A DNA stretch of 64,000 nucleotides, taken from assembly GCF_055900595.2 (NCBI RefSeq), contig NZ_CM148325.1. The stretch is one strand, 5' to 3'. The notes below the pieces were generated by a model that did no database searches, was not told the origin of the DNA, and saw only the letters and a list, made by a program, of their open reading frames with translations. The position numbers and the translations under genes were made by a program. Of this stretch, positions 19,584 to 29,780 are shown in pieces. Each line of letters opens with the position of its first letter. Within the stretch, counting starts at the first letter, position 1.

Positions 19584-20678
19584 ACTTAATTCCATTTCTA
19601 ATGCGGTGACATAACCAGTACCGCCATCCAACGTATGCACGCACCGCGTAATCACCCACGCGGTGCCATCAATTTCCGCCTTAAACCCCTTCACCTGCAG
19701 CGGTAATTCCGGGAACAAATCGGGCCGTCCACGCGCAAGATTCAGGCTGAACGTTGCCGCGCCGCGCTGTAGCTGCTCCCACGCGCTTTTTGCCGCTCTG
19801 TAGGCGTTATTTTTGTTGGCATAGGTGTGGCGCAGCACCTTGATATTTCCCTCTTCGCCAACCATCACGTTATCAGCATTGAATGAGGCGTCTGACGGCG
19901 GAGATTCTGTTGGTTGCGTTTGTGGACGGTTTTTCCGTGTCTTGCGCTTCATGTCAGTGGACTGCTTTTTTGCCTGCCGTGTATCCAGCCAGTAGGCCGT
20001 CACACCGGTATACGCCTCCCTGTCCGCGATGCTGAACCGGTGGCTGTCGCCGTCCTCGCGGGTAATGGTTGCGACCGGCAGCGGTTTGCCGCTGGCACTT
20101 TTACCGGAACCTGTCGGCATTAGCAGCAGAGCATCATTTTTCACGCAGGCGATAGCGCCGTGCAGTTGCGCCAGCCGGGTCAGGAAGGAGGCATCGGATT
20201 CGTTAGTCTGGTCAACGTGCTCAATGGCGATCCCAGCCAGCTCGCCGCTGACGGTTGATTCCAGCTTATGACGCGCCGCCACGGTTTGCACAATCGCGCC
20301 CAGCGTCGCATCATGGTAGCTCTGTTCCCGTTTAACGTTCAGCGAATCGCGGAAATCGGCGCTGCGGGCGCGGAGGCTGAGTACGTCCGGTGCGCCGCTG
20401 TGCTCCAGTTCGTCCACTGTGAAGACATTCTGGTGCATCACGCCGTCACCCTTCCAGCCTAGAGAAACCGTTAGCTTTTCGCCCTTTGCCGGAAACGCCA
20501 GCAGGCCGTCGCTGTCGTCCAGTTCGAGCTGCAGTTCGTCGGCCTCAAAGCCCCGGTTGTCGGTGATACGCAGGCTGATTAAGCGGTTGTCCAGATTCCG
20601 CGTAATGTCCTTACCGTTCAGCACCACGCTGTACTCCGGCTGCGGCTGGGCGTTTAAGAGTGCGTTTAACATCGTCAT
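19578..20678 (-). CDS. D: Tail protein D (P2 gpD-like)
   Basis: 366-aa ORF at the end of the tail operon, upstream neighbours U and T in P2 order; N-terminus MTMLNALLNAQPQPEYSVVLNGKDITRNLDNRLISLRITDNRG. Confidence 0.8.
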   Translation of the reverse strand: MTMLNALLNAQPQPEYSVVLNGKDITRNLDNRLISLRITDNRGFEADELQLELDDSDGLLAFPAKGEKLTVSLGWKGDGVMHQNVFTVDELEHSGAPDVLSLRARSADFRDSLNVKREQSYHDATLGAIVQTVAARHKLESTVSGELAGIAIEHVDQTNESDASFLTRLAQLHGAIACVKNDALLLMPTGSGKSASGKPLPVATITREDGDSHRFSIADREAYTGVTAYWLDTRQAKKQSTDMKRKTRKNRPQTQPTESPPSDASFNADNVMVGEEGNIKVLRHTYANKNNAYRAAKSAWEQLQRGAATFSLNLARGRPDLFPELPLQVKGFKAEIDGTAWVITRCVHTLDGGTGYVTALEMELSL

Positions 20679-21103
20679 AGTCCGTCTACCATCGTGATGA
20701 TGTCGCCCAGCAAGCCACCCAGCTTCGGCGGATCGACACGTTTTAACGCCAGCGTAAACTCAATGCGCCGGGCCGCACCGTCGCGAAAAAAGACGCTCCG
20801 GGTGACGTTCAGACTCTCAATCACAAACCAGCCATGCAGCGATCCGGTGCCTTCAATCAGCGGCCAAGCCATCCCCTGATCGGCCATCTTTCGCAGGAAA
20901 AACAGGGTAAATCGCCCGCCGGTCAGTTCCGGCAACAGCACGCCGTTTAGCGTAATGGTTTCGTCACCCACGCCGATAAACTGGCTGGCCGGACGTAGCC
21001 CCACGCGGGAACTGGCAGGATGCCGCCACGCTACGGCGTGCTGCATATCCTGATAGGGCAGGGTTTTCAGGCTGAAGACGAACAGCCCCAGTACCATCAT
21101 CAT
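20675..21103 (-). CDS. U: Tail protein U (P2 gpU-like)
   Basis: Probable start MMMVLGLFVF at 21103, just after the T stop (ORF track extends to 21211); P2 gene order. Confidence 0.75.
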   Translation of the reverse strand: MMMVLGLFVFSLKTLPYQDMQHAVAWRHPASSRVGLRPASQFIGVGDETITLNGVLLPELTGGRFTLFFLRKMADQGMAWPLIEGTGSLHGWFVIESLNVTRSVFFRDGAARRIEFTLALKRVDPPKLGGLLGDIITMVDGL

Positions 21104-21113
21104 AAGAGCCTCC

Positions 21114-23963
21114 TTAATCAATATCGCGCAGGCTGCTGCGGGTTCTGGCGGCATTCTGCCTTTCGCGCTTGTCCAGTTCCTGCGCCACCAGTTTCGCCAG
21201 TTGTTGTTCATTCATGCCGGGAGCAGCGTGGATGTGAATAGTGACAGGCCCGCCGCTGGCTGCCGGTACAGAAAGGGATGCTGGCGCGAGCGGGGCGCGA
21301 TTATCCGGCAGGGCGGCGATAGGGGGCATGGCGACAGCGGCGGCGCTGAGCGTCAGCCCGGCACCGGCGGCGATTAACTGCTTCGAGAGTTGCCCTACGC
21401 TGGCCAGCGCCGTTTGCGTGTTGCCCTCAATCCCGACCGCCAGCCCGTCCACGGTATAGCGGCCCATTTCGGCGAACACCCGCGACGGTGAATGAATACC
21501 GAGCTTGTCCTTAAACCAGTTGGAAATATTGCTGCCCAGATCCAGCACGCCCTGTTTAATCGCTTCCCATTTGGCAAAGATCCCCTGTTTCAGCCCTTCC
21601 ATGATATTGCCGCCGATCTCGGTAAAGCGGGTGGACAGGTTACTGAAACTGTTCAGAACGTTATCCCAGACTGTGGTAAACACCGTGGACAGGTTCCAGT
21701 TGGTGAAAAAAGCATTGATGGCATTCAGGGCAGTGCTGACGGTGGTTTTAATTCCCTCCCAGATACCGGTGGCGGTAGTGGTAATGCCCGTCCAGATTTG
21801 CCCCAGAAATGCCACCACGCTGTTCCACGCCTCAGCGGTACTGGCTTTGATAGTATCCCAGTGCTGGTAAATCAGGCCGGGAAGCGTCCAGTTCAGCAGG
21901 ATATTCACCAGCCCGTTCCAGCAGCCGGAGAGAAACGTTTTAATCCCTTCCCAGACGGCGCTGGTTGTGGCTTTTACACTGTTCCACGCATCGCTGCATA
22001 CCTGCTTAAAACTATTCCAGAGCGCGGCGAACTTCGGCCCCAGCCAGTCCCAGTTACTCCAGATCCAGATGGCGGCACCGGCGATCAGCGCAATCACCGC
22101 CAGAATCGGGTTAGCCATCATTGCGCGGCCCAGCCAAATTACCGCTTTTCCCGCGCCTTTAAAGGCATTCGCCAGCAGCCCCAGCGCGCTGCCGCCCTTA
22201 ATACCGAGCACCGACAGGCTGAGTTTTAGCGCCGCCATCGGGCCGAGGATACCGGCCAGCGTCAGGGATATGCCTCCGAGCGCCACGGCGAACGCGCCGA
22301 TCGCCATGCCGATTTTCACCAGCGTGGCGGTTAATTGTGGGTTGGCCTTCATCCATGCGCCGATGGACTGTAAAACGCCGGTTATGCGTTGGGTAATACT
22401 GCGCAACGGGCTGTCAACTGATTCGAACATCTCAATACCGAGATCTTCCCACGCCGAGTCAAGATTCTGGAGATCACCCTTCATATTATCGGCCATCGTT
22501 TTGGCAACTTTGCCAGCGGTACCGAGGGAGGCTTTCACCTGTTCGGCATAGGCTTCAATACGCTGCGACGGATCGAGTGACGCCTGTTTGTCGAGCAGTT
22601 CCATCATCGCGGAAGAGGCTTCCACACCGAAAATATCCTTGATGTAGGACATTTTCTTCACGTTGCCGACGCCGCCGATCCCTTGCTTCTCAAACGCGGC
22701 GGAGATTTCTGCCAGTAGCTGCGGCATCTCTTTCATTTTTCCGGTGCTGTCCGCCACCGAGACTTTCAGGTCTTCCAGCGCGGCGGCGGCTTTTTTCGGC
22801 TGTGATGCCAGCCGCAACAGCGCCATACGTAAGGATGTACCTGCCTGCGCTCCCTGAATCCCCACGTTACCCAGCATCCCGACCATCGCTGACATGGTTT
22901 CAAAGTCCTGCCCCGCAGCCTGTGCAGCCGGGCCGACGTATTTCATGGTTTCACCCAGCATCTGCAGGTCGGTATTAGACGTAGTGAACGTGAAGGTGAG
23001 CGCGTCAGCCATGCGTTGCATCTGGTCTGCCGGGATTTTATAGGCGCTCTGAATATTGGAGGCGATATCGGAAACCTGAGCAAGCTGCGTGTCCATCCCC
23101 GCCGCTTTCGCCAGATCCAACATGTGCGGCATCGCCTTTTCGATTTTATCTGGCGTGTAGCCCGCCATTGCCAGAAAACCCTGCCCCTGCGCCACATCGT
23201 TGGCGGTAAAGCTGGTTGATGCGCCTAAATCTCGCGATTGCGTTCGCAGCCGTTTCAGTTCATCAGAGTTTTTATCGGTGCGTGTTAACGCCTGTACGCG
23301 CGACATGCCCACGTCGAAATCGTAGCCGGGCATCATTACCCGCGCGCTGCCGTAAAGCATACCCACGCCGGTGGCCGTCGTGGTTGCGCCGAATCCGGCC
23401 AGTTTGTTGCGGGCGTCCATTGCTCCTGCGTAGCTATTTTTTGCTGCGTTCATCCGCTGCTGCTGCCGGTTTAGCCGTTCCAGTCGCCTGCGCTGTTCCT
23501 CCATGCTACGGTTAGCACTCTCCAGTCGTTGCCGTAGTTCACTCTGGCGCTGGCTGAGATTACGGGTATCGATACCAGCGTTGCGCAGTACGGTGCGGCT
23601 ATGCTGCTGGGCCTGAGTAAGCTGACCATGCCGTTCTTTAAGTCGCCGCGCCTCCTGCTGAGCACGTTCAAACTCCCGACGCATCGCAGCCGTGGGCGCA
23701 GTGCTGCTTTGCATTGCCGTGGCCAGCGCCCGGACGCGATCCTGCGCGCTTTTAAGCTGATTGCCGGTGACGGCGACATCGCGCGCCAGCTTGCGGTAGC
23801 CATCGATTTGTCCGGCCTGTTTGTTCAGGTCTTTGACCTGCTGCTGCGCCGCTTTCAGTGCTCTGGCGGTGTCGCTGCTGCTTTGCGTGACGGCTTTTAG
23901 CGGACGGGTGATTTTATCTACGGCGCTGAGTAGTACCTGTAAACGAAGGTTTTGTGTGCTCAT
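21114..23963 (-). CDS. T: Tail tape measure protein (P2 gpT-like)
   Basis: 949-aa ORF, coiled-coil-rich N-terminal half and Gly/Ala-rich hydrophobic middle; start overlaps the E' stop. Confidence 0.85.
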   Translation of the reverse strand: MSTQNLRLQVLLSAVDKITRPLKAVTQSSSDTARALKAAQQQVKDLNKQAGQIDGYRKLARDVAVTGNQLKSAQDRVRALATAMQSSTAPTAAMRREFERAQQEARRLKERHGQLTQAQQHSRTVLRNAGIDTRNLSQRQSELRQRLESANRSMEEQRRRLERLNRQQQRMNAAKNSYAGAMDARNKLAGFGATTTATGVGMLYGSARVMMPGYDFDVGMSRVQALTRTDKNSDELKRLRTQSRDLGASTSFTANDVAQGQGFLAMAGYTPDKIEKAMPHMLDLAKAAGMDTQLAQVSDIASNIQSAYKIPADQMQRMADALTFTFTTSNTDLQMLGETMKYVGPAAQAAGQDFETMSAMVGMLGNVGIQGAQAGTSLRMALLRLASQPKKAAAALEDLKVSVADSTGKMKEMPQLLAEISAAFEKQGIGGVGNVKKMSYIKDIFGVEASSAMMELLDKQASLDPSQRIEAYAEQVKASLGTAGKVAKTMADNMKGDLQNLDSAWEDLGIEMFESVDSPLRSITQRITGVLQSIGAWMKANPQLTATLVKIGMAIGAFAVALGGISLTLAGILGPMAALKLSLSVLGIKGGSALGLLANAFKGAGKAVIWLGRAMMANPILAVIALIAGAAIWIWSNWDWLGPKFAALWNSFKQVCSDAWNSVKATTSAVWEGIKTFLSGCWNGLVNILLNWTLPGLIYQHWDTIKASTAEAWNSVVAFLGQIWTGITTTATGIWEGIKTTVSTALNAINAFFTNWNLSTVFTTVWDNVLNSFSNLSTRFTEIGGNIMEGLKQGIFAKWEAIKQGVLDLGSNISNWFKDKLGIHSPSRVFAEMGRYTVDGLAVGIEGNTQTALASVGQLSKQLIAAGAGLTLSAAAVAMPPIAALPDNRAPLAPASLSVPAASGGPVTIHIHAAPGMNEQQLAKLVAQELDKRERQNAARTRSSLRDID

Positions 23964-24381
23964 GATTCAACACCGCTGCGCTGGCGGGCCTGCTCCCGCC
24001 AGTAAAGGGTTTCGCCAAGGGTTAATGCGTCCATCGCGGATAGTGGCCAATGGAAGATGACGGCTATGTCGCCTTGAGCCTCCTCTATGCGTCCGGGGTA
24101 TCCGTTGCTTCCGGCGAGGTCTGCGGCAAAAAACCGACAAGCGCCGTACCGAAAGCCGTCAGGTCGATAAAATCCAGTTGCGCCACCTCATGCTTATTCA
24201 GCGGCGGTGCGGTGATGCGCGGTAGAACGCTGGTGAGTGCATCTACGTTAAGGCTTAACAGCTCCACCAGACTGACACCGCGCAGGTCGCCGCCCAGTGG
24301 TTTACGGATCTGGAACTCGACAAATTCGGTTTCGCCGCGTTTCAGGGGAGTATTCAGGGTAACGGTTTTACGTTCGCTCAT
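23960..24381 (-). CDS. E': E+E' tail chaperone produced by programmed -1 frameshift
   Basis: Hand translation of the -1 frame after the heptamer (minus strand, plus coordinates 24127-24133) gives an open extension of about 55 codons ending at a TGA overlapping the T start ATG. Confidence 0.55.
24085..24381 (-). CDS. E: Tail assembly chaperone E (P2 gpE-like)
   Basis: 98-aa ORF immediately upstream of T; ends ...LVGFLPQTSPEATDTPDA with a T TTT TTG slippery heptamer near its 3' end. Confidence 0.8.
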   Translation of the reverse strand: MSERKTVTLNTPLKRGETEFVEFQIRKPLGGDLRGVSLVELLSLNVDALTSVLPRITAPPLNKHEVAQLDFIDLTAFGTALVGFLPQTSPEATDTPDA

Positions 24382-24390
24382 GGTTCATCC

Positions 24391-24906
24391 TTACAGGCCA
24401 ATGGCGCGACGTGCGCCAGCCAGACGGTCTTTGCCGTCGATATTTTCAATAAAGTTCACGGTGTCGATTTCGACGATGGTTTCACCGTTGACGCTCTCTT
24501 TGTAATAGGTACAAAGGGTGCTGATTTTGGTCGCGGAGTTCTCGCCCTGCTTGTATTCGCCGCGATCCAGCTCTTTGTGGCGACCACGCACCACGATTTC
24601 CACCGCGTCGTACTCTTCGCTGTCTTCACGCTGGATAGCGCCGGAGAATCGCAGCATCACGCCGCTGATCTTCGTCCAGCCGATCTGCCGCAGCGCCAGC
24701 AGCTCATAGCCGCCGATTGACCATTCCACGCTGAGCGCCTCGTCATCCAGTCCCAGATCGACATGCGCCGCGCCGTTCATGCCGCCGCCGCGATAGGCTT
24801 CCAGCTTGCGCGTCAGCTTTGCCGGGGTGAAGGACTCCACCTGTGCCAGATAGATATCGCCCTCGTTAAACAGGTTGAGGTATTTCAGTTTGCTGGGTAG
24901 TGCCAT
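24391..24906 (-). CDS. FII: Major tail tube protein (P2 gpFII-like)
   Basis: 171-aa ORF between the sheath gene and E, P2 order. Confidence 0.8.
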   Translation of the reverse strand: MALPSKLKYLNLFNEGDIYLAQVESFTPAKLTRKLEAYRGGGMNGAAHVDLGLDDEALSVEWSIGGYELLALRQIGWTKISGVMLRFSGAIQREDSEEYDAVEIVVRGRHKELDRGEYKQGENSATKISTLCTYYKESVNGETIVEIDTVNFIENIDGKDRLAGARRAIGL

Positions 24907-24920
24907 GGTGCGTTCTCCTG

Positions 24921-26096
24921 TTACACAGTGGTGGCGATGGATTCAGCCAGATTGACCAGATAGCGGTCAGTGATGCGCTGGCGGAACATCAGGTTTTCCA
25001 GCGGCGGCACCGGGGTGTAGTCGTAGTCGATATACGCTTTACCCGCTTTCAGGATGTCCGGCGTGTTGGCGGCGGGATCGAACCATGCGGAGCCGTCGAC
25101 GATGTAGCCGTTGCCTTTCAGTTCGCGGAATTTGGCGTTCACGCCTTCGATAATGTCGCGGAACAGAGAAGCGTGTTGCGGTTTATCTATCGCCCAGAAG
25201 TGGGCGTCGGCGATGGTATCCGCCAGCACCTGCGCGGTGCGGGTGTAGTTCTCAAAGGCAAACAGCGGATCGGTGCTGCAGGTGCGCGATCCCCAGAAGC
25301 GATAGCCGGCGTTGCAAATCAGCGTGGTGACGTCGTGGCTGTTGAGGTAATCCGAATCGGTGGCGGTGGACTGCAGATCCCAGAATACGCTGCGGGAAAT
25401 GCCGGTCACGCCGTTGACGTCAACGTTGGACAGCGTTTTATGCCAGCCGGTTTCTTCATCAATTTTTGCACGCAGGCCCACGGCGCGGGCGGTGGCGTAT
25501 AGGGTACGTTCGGCGGCAGCCTGTGTATCAAAGCCGACAAAATCCGGCCAGATAATCATCGCCTCTCGCGCACCTAGCTGATCGCGATACAGCACCGCCT
25601 CTTCTTTGGTCTGCGCGCCGAACGCCGACAGATAGCTGAAGGCGCGAAGCTGTTGTGAAATGCTGACCAGTTCGGTGGCGATGGGCAGAGAATCCAGCCC
25701 TGGTACCGCCAGAATGCGCGGTTTTATTTTCAGTTTGGTTTGCGAGTCCAGTAGCGCCTTCATGCCGGTGTATTTCCCGGCTGGCGTGCTGCCGCCGATG
25801 ATATTGGCGGTGGTTTCGGCGGCGGAGTCACCTTCGGCTACGCGCACGGCGACCACCACCGGCTGCGTCTGGTCGGCGATGGCATCCAGAGAGTGTGCCA
25901 GCGTACCGCTATCACCGGCTTTACCCAGCGCAGATCGCACGTCGGTTAACAGTACTGGGGTATCAAGGGGAAAGGTTTTTTCATCGGCATCTGAACCGGT
26001 ACAGACAATGCCGATCACGGCAGTGGAAATGGTACGGATCGGGCGCACGCCTTCATTGATTTCAATAACGCGCGCGCCGTGGTGGTAGTCGGTTGC
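24921..26096 (-). CDS. FI: Tail sheath protein (P2 gpFI-like)
   Basis: Strong similarity to P2 FI as recalled (MATDYHHGARVIEINEG ... YIDYDYTPVPPLENL); start chosen at MATDYHH (ORF track extends to 26186). Confidence 0.85.
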   Translation of the reverse strand, partial: ATDYHHGARVIEINEGVRPIRTISTAVIGIVCTGSDADEKTFPLDTPVLLTDVRSALGKAGDSGTLAHSLDAIADQTQPVVVAVRVAEGDSAAETTANIIGGSTPAGKYTGMKALLDSQTKLKIKPRILAVPGLDSLPIATELVSISQQLRAFSYLSAFGAQTKEEAVLYRDQLGAREAMIIWPDFVGFDTQAAAERTLYATARAVGLRAKIDEETGWHKTLSNVDVNGVTGISRSVFWDLQSTATDSDYLNSHDVTTLICNAGYRFWGSRTCSTDPLFAFENYTRTAQVLADTIADAHFWAIDKPQHASLFRDIIEGVNAKFRELKGNGYIVDGSAWFDPAANTPDILKAGKAYIDYDYTPVPPLENLMFRQRITDRYLVNLAESIATTV

Positions 26097-26204
26097 CATG
26101 AGGCGAGCCTCCATCAGGTCAATAAATGACGATGGTGGCACAGAGCGAAAAGGGCGGTGACGGCTTCCACTTGTAACCACTGGCACTACAAGCAGAAGCG
26201 GTTT

Positions 26205-26963
26205 TTAATTCAGGATAATCAGTTCTGATGTGGTGCTGGCTGGCTTTCCACCTACGGTATAGCGAATCCCTACCGTTGAGAATGTCAGGCCGTGGAAGAT
26301 ATCGCGCATTTCCGGGATGTCGTTAACCGAGATAATCATCCGGCCCTGCATGGTGCGCGCCAGCTCTGCCATACGCTGGTACTGCTCAAGGCCAAATGGT
26401 ACGCCGTAGCCTTCGGTTTTCCAGTATGGTGGGTCGCAGTAGAACAGGGTATGCGGGCGGTCATAGCGGCGAATACAGTCGGCCCAGTCCAGATTTTCAA
26501 TGCAGACGCGCGCCAGCCGCAGATGGGCGGCGGATAAATCCTCTTCCATACGCAGCAGGTTCAGGCGCGGCGGTGAGGTGGTGGCGGTACCGAACGTGCG
26601 ACTTTCCACTTTGCCGCCGAATGCCAGCTTTTGCAGATAGTAGAAGCGCGCCGCGCGCTGGATATCGGTCAGCGTTTCTTCCGGGGTGATCTGGAGCCAG
26701 CGGTACATTTCGCGGCTGACCAGCGACCATTTAAACTGGCGGACAAACTCTTCTAAATGGTGCTGAAGTACGCGGTAGAGGTTGGTAACGTCACCGTTGA
26801 TATCGTTCAGCACCTCGGCCTGTGCGGGCTGTTTCATAAAGAACAACGCTGCCGCCCCGCAGAACGGTTCAACGTAGCAGCGGTGTTTGGGAAACAGTGG
26901 CAGAATGTGTTTTGCCAGCCTGCGCTTACCGCCGATCCACGGAATAACGGGTAACGTATTCAA
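26205..26963 (-). CDS. DNA adenine (N6) methyltransferase, Dam family (copy 2)
   Basis: YVEPFCGAAALFF and FYCDPPYW motifs; sits at the position of the P2 Z/fun accessory locus between tfa/G and FI. Confidence 0.8.
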   Translation of the reverse strand: MNTLPVIPWIGGKRRLAKHILPLFPKHRCYVEPFCGAAALFFMKQPAQAEVLNDINGDVTNLYRVLQHHLEEFVRQFKWSLVSREMYRWLQITPEETLTDIQRAARFYYLQKLAFGGKVESRTFGTATTSPPRLNLLRMEEDLSAAHLRLARVCIENLDWADCIRRYDRPHTLFYCDPPYWKTEGYGVPFGLEQYQRMAELARTMQGRMIISVNDIPEMRDIFHGLTFSTVGIRYTVGGKPASTTSELIILN

Positions 26964-27427
26964 ATTGTCAATTTTCCAGACCGACTGCTGACCAACGCAT
27001 ACAGCAGATTAGGAGACCAGCGCCAACTATCGCGCAGGTGCAGAAATTCGGCGCAGAACTCGCTGCAAAACAGGCGTTCCTGTTTACCCTGACTGAGTAA
27101 CACAAAACCCATGGCGCCCAGCCAGTCGTAACCTTTATCGTCGTGCTGACGAAAAAAGGTTTCCAGTGCCAGCGGATCGGCGTTGATCGGGAGTAAATCC
27201 CATTTCTCAATCGGCAGCGGCATTCGTTTGCTGCGCACGCCTTTATCCCGTACCGATGATGAGTAACAGATAAACAGGCCATCCGGCAGGCGTTCGACCA
27301 GTTCGCAGTGAGAGTAAGGGCCGCGCGTGACCTGTCGCGTCAACCAGTCGGAGAGCCGGGCAAGGCTGAAAAAGCGTTCAGCCCGGCCACGGTAGAACGC
27401 CATGTAAACCTGACTCATGGTTGCCAT
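26960..27427 (-). CDS. Hypothetical protein, possibly permuted-papain/NlpC-P60-like (His-Cys pairs); function unknown
   Basis: 155-aa ORF overlapping the Dam start by 4 nt; motifs SHCELVE and FCSEFCAEFLH; family assignment is only a guess. Confidence 0.35.
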   Translation of the reverse strand: MATMSQVYMAFYRGRAERFFSLARLSDWLTRQVTRGPYSHCELVERLPDGLFICYSSSVRDKGVRSKRMPLPIEKWDLLPINADPLALETFFRQHDDKGYDWLGAMGFVLLSQGKQERLFCSEFCAEFLHLRDSWRWSPNLLYALVSSRSGKLTI

Positions 27428-28122
27428 CCTGATGAGTAGTCGTAACCCATAACCGCCTGCACCTCCGTCAACGCTTCAACGGCGGCAATATGCTGCTGGG
27501 CAGCGGCGAACAGGCGCATATCGTGCGCCATTGTTTCGGTTTCAAACCGGGCGGCGATCTCGTTGGTTAGTTCAATCAGGTTGTGATTTTTGGTCTGCCA
27601 CATTAAGCCTGCCGGTATTTGTTTAGCCACGCCCATTTTGGTGAGCGAGAGCTGCTGGATGCGGCTGTTAGCGTCGCTGTGGAAATGGTGATTATCGATG
27701 ATGATGTAGTCAGCGGTGATTCGATCGCGATACTGCTTTATTTCTGCCACCTTTGCCTGTCGGGCTTTTTCGATATCGGGCTGCCAGCGTTTGCCGTCCC
27801 AACGGACAAAGGCGTTATCGGGCTTCAGCAGAGTGACGTTATCCGGCAATGGCCCCAGATGATGAAGCTGTACCTCACTGCCCGCATCGGTATCAAACGC
27901 GGTTTTACCGCGATGATCTTCTACCGCAAGCCATGTTTCTCCGTTGAATGTCAGGGCAAAGCCGCTCTGGCATTCGGGCGGTTCGATAGTGGTACAGCAT
28001 TCCGGTAAGCCGGTGTTGGGGGCGATATAGGCGTCGCTGACGCCGATAAATTCCTGAGTATCTGCCGCGTAGTTAAAGATGCGCAGGGTTTGCGGTTCGT
28101 CGGAAAATGCGAATGTGCTCAT
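27415..28122 (-). CDS. G: Tail fibre assembly protein (P2 gpG/Tfa-like)
   Basis: 235-aa ORF directly downstream of the tail fibre gene; composition typical of Tfa chaperones. Confidence 0.7.
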   Translation of the reverse strand: MSTFAFSDEPQTLRIFNYAADTQEFIGVSDAYIAPNTGLPECCTTIEPPECQSGFALTFNGETWLAVEDHRGKTAFDTDAGSEVQLHHLGPLPDNVTLLKPDNAFVRWDGKRWQPDIEKARQAKVAEIKQYRDRITADYIIIDNHHFHSDANSRIQQLSLTKMGVAKQIPAGLMWQTKNHNLIELTNEIAARFETETMAHDMRLFAAAQQHIAAVEALTEVQAVMGYDYSSGWQP

Positions 28123-29780
28123 GCCAGCCTCACGATATAGTTGAAAGCGATATTTTTAACGGTGTTTTCGGTGTTCCCGGCGGCATTCACCGTAATAGTG
28201 TGGCTGTGGGAACCCAAGGCGATAGCGTGGTTATGCGCGCCGATAGTCAGCGAATGGGTATGAGCGCCGATGGCTACTGTGTGAGTATGGACACCGTCTG
28301 TACTGGTTCTGAATTTGTAGTTATCCCAGTCTGTGTCTGCAGACCCCTGATTATTACGGGTACTGTCGAAGTAACCGTGACGTCCACCGCTGGCTTCACC
28401 CCATCCGCTGTCGTGGTTGTGAGCACCGGCTGACGCTGTTGATTTTGTCCCGTAGTCAAACGCGCTGGTATTTTTAGTACCCAAATCGGTGGAACTGGCA
28501 GTTTTAGTGCCTAAATCTGTGTTAGTGGCGCTGGCTGTGTGACTATGAGATTTAACGCCATCCTGTTCCTGAGACAGTATCGAGCGTCCGCTGGCGGGTT
28601 TCCCCTTGATTGTCCAGCCGCGCATATCCGGGATTACCCCAGAGGGGTAAGCGATTGCCAGTTTAGGGTAGGCGGTTTTATTGAAGGACTGACCGACCAT
28701 CAGGGCGTAGCCGCTGGGGATTGCATCGGATGACCACGGTATCGGCGTGCCGACCGGACAGGTTTCCGCCGCCAGCGCTTTGTCTACTGCCGCTTTCACC
28801 GCCTTGGGCGTGGCGGCCAGTGTTTCGCTGGTGCTGTCGATGGCGCTACTAAGCTGGACAATCCCTTTACGCGCCGTGGTGGCATCCTGCGCGGTATATT
28901 TGCCATTAGCCATATCGTAGGCCGCTTTCACCGCCTTGGGCGTGGCGGCCAGTGTTTCGCTGGTGCTGTCGATGGCGCTACTAAGCTGGACAATCCCTTT
29001 ACGCGCCGTGGTGGCATCCTGAGCGGTATATTTGCCATTAGCCATATCGTAGGCCGCTTTCACCGCCTTGGGCGTGGCGGCCAGCGTTTCGCTGATACTG
29101 TCGATGGAGCTACTAAGCTGGACAATCCCTTTACGTGAGGTGGTGGCATCCAGTGCGGTATATTTTCCATTAGCCAGATCGTAGGCTGCTTTCACTGCTT
29201 TGGGCGTGGCGGCCAGTGTTTCGCTGATGCTGTTGGTCGCACTGCTTAATTGAGTAAAACCTTTGGCAGTTAACGTGGCGTCAGGATGGTTACGGGACTG
29301 CACGTGGCACGTCAGGCTTTCATCCACATACTGTCTTGTTGCCAGCACCACGGCAGGGTCGATTTTCAGCTCCACGTTTTCCGTATGGGAGACAATCAGC
29401 ACCATGCGGATAATCTGCGTGCGGCCCGAACCTTCGATTAACTGCGGCTTGTAGGTTGGCGGGCAGTTGCCGACGGCAATCAGCCGGTCGTGCTCGTCGT
29501 ACAGGCCAATTTCTCTGATCCACCATCCGCCTACATCCTCCGGTAGTACCTGTTCGGCAATAATCTGGTTGGGGTTGTTAGGGTCAATACTGAGCGTATT
29601 CAGCGGCGCACGTCGGCGTTCGTTGATTAACCGGGTTTGGCCAGTCTCCGGTGTTGGCAGGTTACCGTTTCCGTCGCCCACGGCCATTTGCGTCAGATGA
29701 AGAGGTGAACCCTGTGCGGTGGCGGTCGCCAGCGCGGATTCGCCGGTAGTGGTTAATAGCGTGAAATAGGTAGCGCTCAT
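28119..29780 (-). CDS. H: Tail fibre protein (P2 gpH-like)
   Basis: Conserved N-terminus [51 protein letters not shown]; variable C-terminal half with 44-aa tandem repeats and His-rich tip. Confidence 0.8.
   Translation of the reverse strand: MSATYFTLLTTTGESALATATAQGSPLHLTQMAVGDGNGNLPTPETGQTRLINERRRAPLNTLSIDPNNPNQIIAEQVLPEDVGGWWIREIGLYDEHDRLIAVGNCPPTYKPQLIEGSGRTQIIRMVLIVSHTENVELKIDPAVVLATRQYVDESLTCHVQSRNHPDATLTAKGFTQLSSATNSISETLAATPKAVKAAYDLANGKYTALDATTSRKGIVQLSSSIDSISETLAATPKAVKAAYDMANGKYTAQDATTARKGIVQLSSAIDSTSETLAATPKAVKAAYDMANGKYTAQDATTARKGIVQLSSAIDSTSETLAATPKAVKAAVDKALAAETCPVGTPIPWSSDAIPSGYALMVGQSFNKTAYPKLAIAYPSGVIPDMRGWTIKGKPASGRSILSQEQDGVKSHSHTASATNTDLGTKTASSTDLGTKNTSAFDYGTKSTASAGAHNHDSGWGEASGGRHGYFDSTRNNQGSADTDWDNYKFRTSTDGVHTHTVAIGAHTHSLTIGAHNHAIALGSHSHTITVNAAGNTENTVKNIAFNYIVRLA
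28780..29290. repeat. About 3.8 tandem copies of a 132-bp (44-aa) repeat within tail fibre gene H
   Basis: atccctttac recurs at 28861, 28993 and 29125; protein repeat [44 protein letters not shown]. Confidence 0.8.

Noticed and set aside
21492-22551. Several long plus-strand ORFs (245, 194, 121 aa) inside the tape-measure gene
   Set aside because: GC-rich antisense frames of the 949-aa gpT; low-complexity Pro/Arg/Gly composition and no start context.
24900-26088. Plus-strand ORFs of 200 and 142 aa opposite the tail sheath gene
   Set aside because: Antisense to the strongly conserved FI gene.
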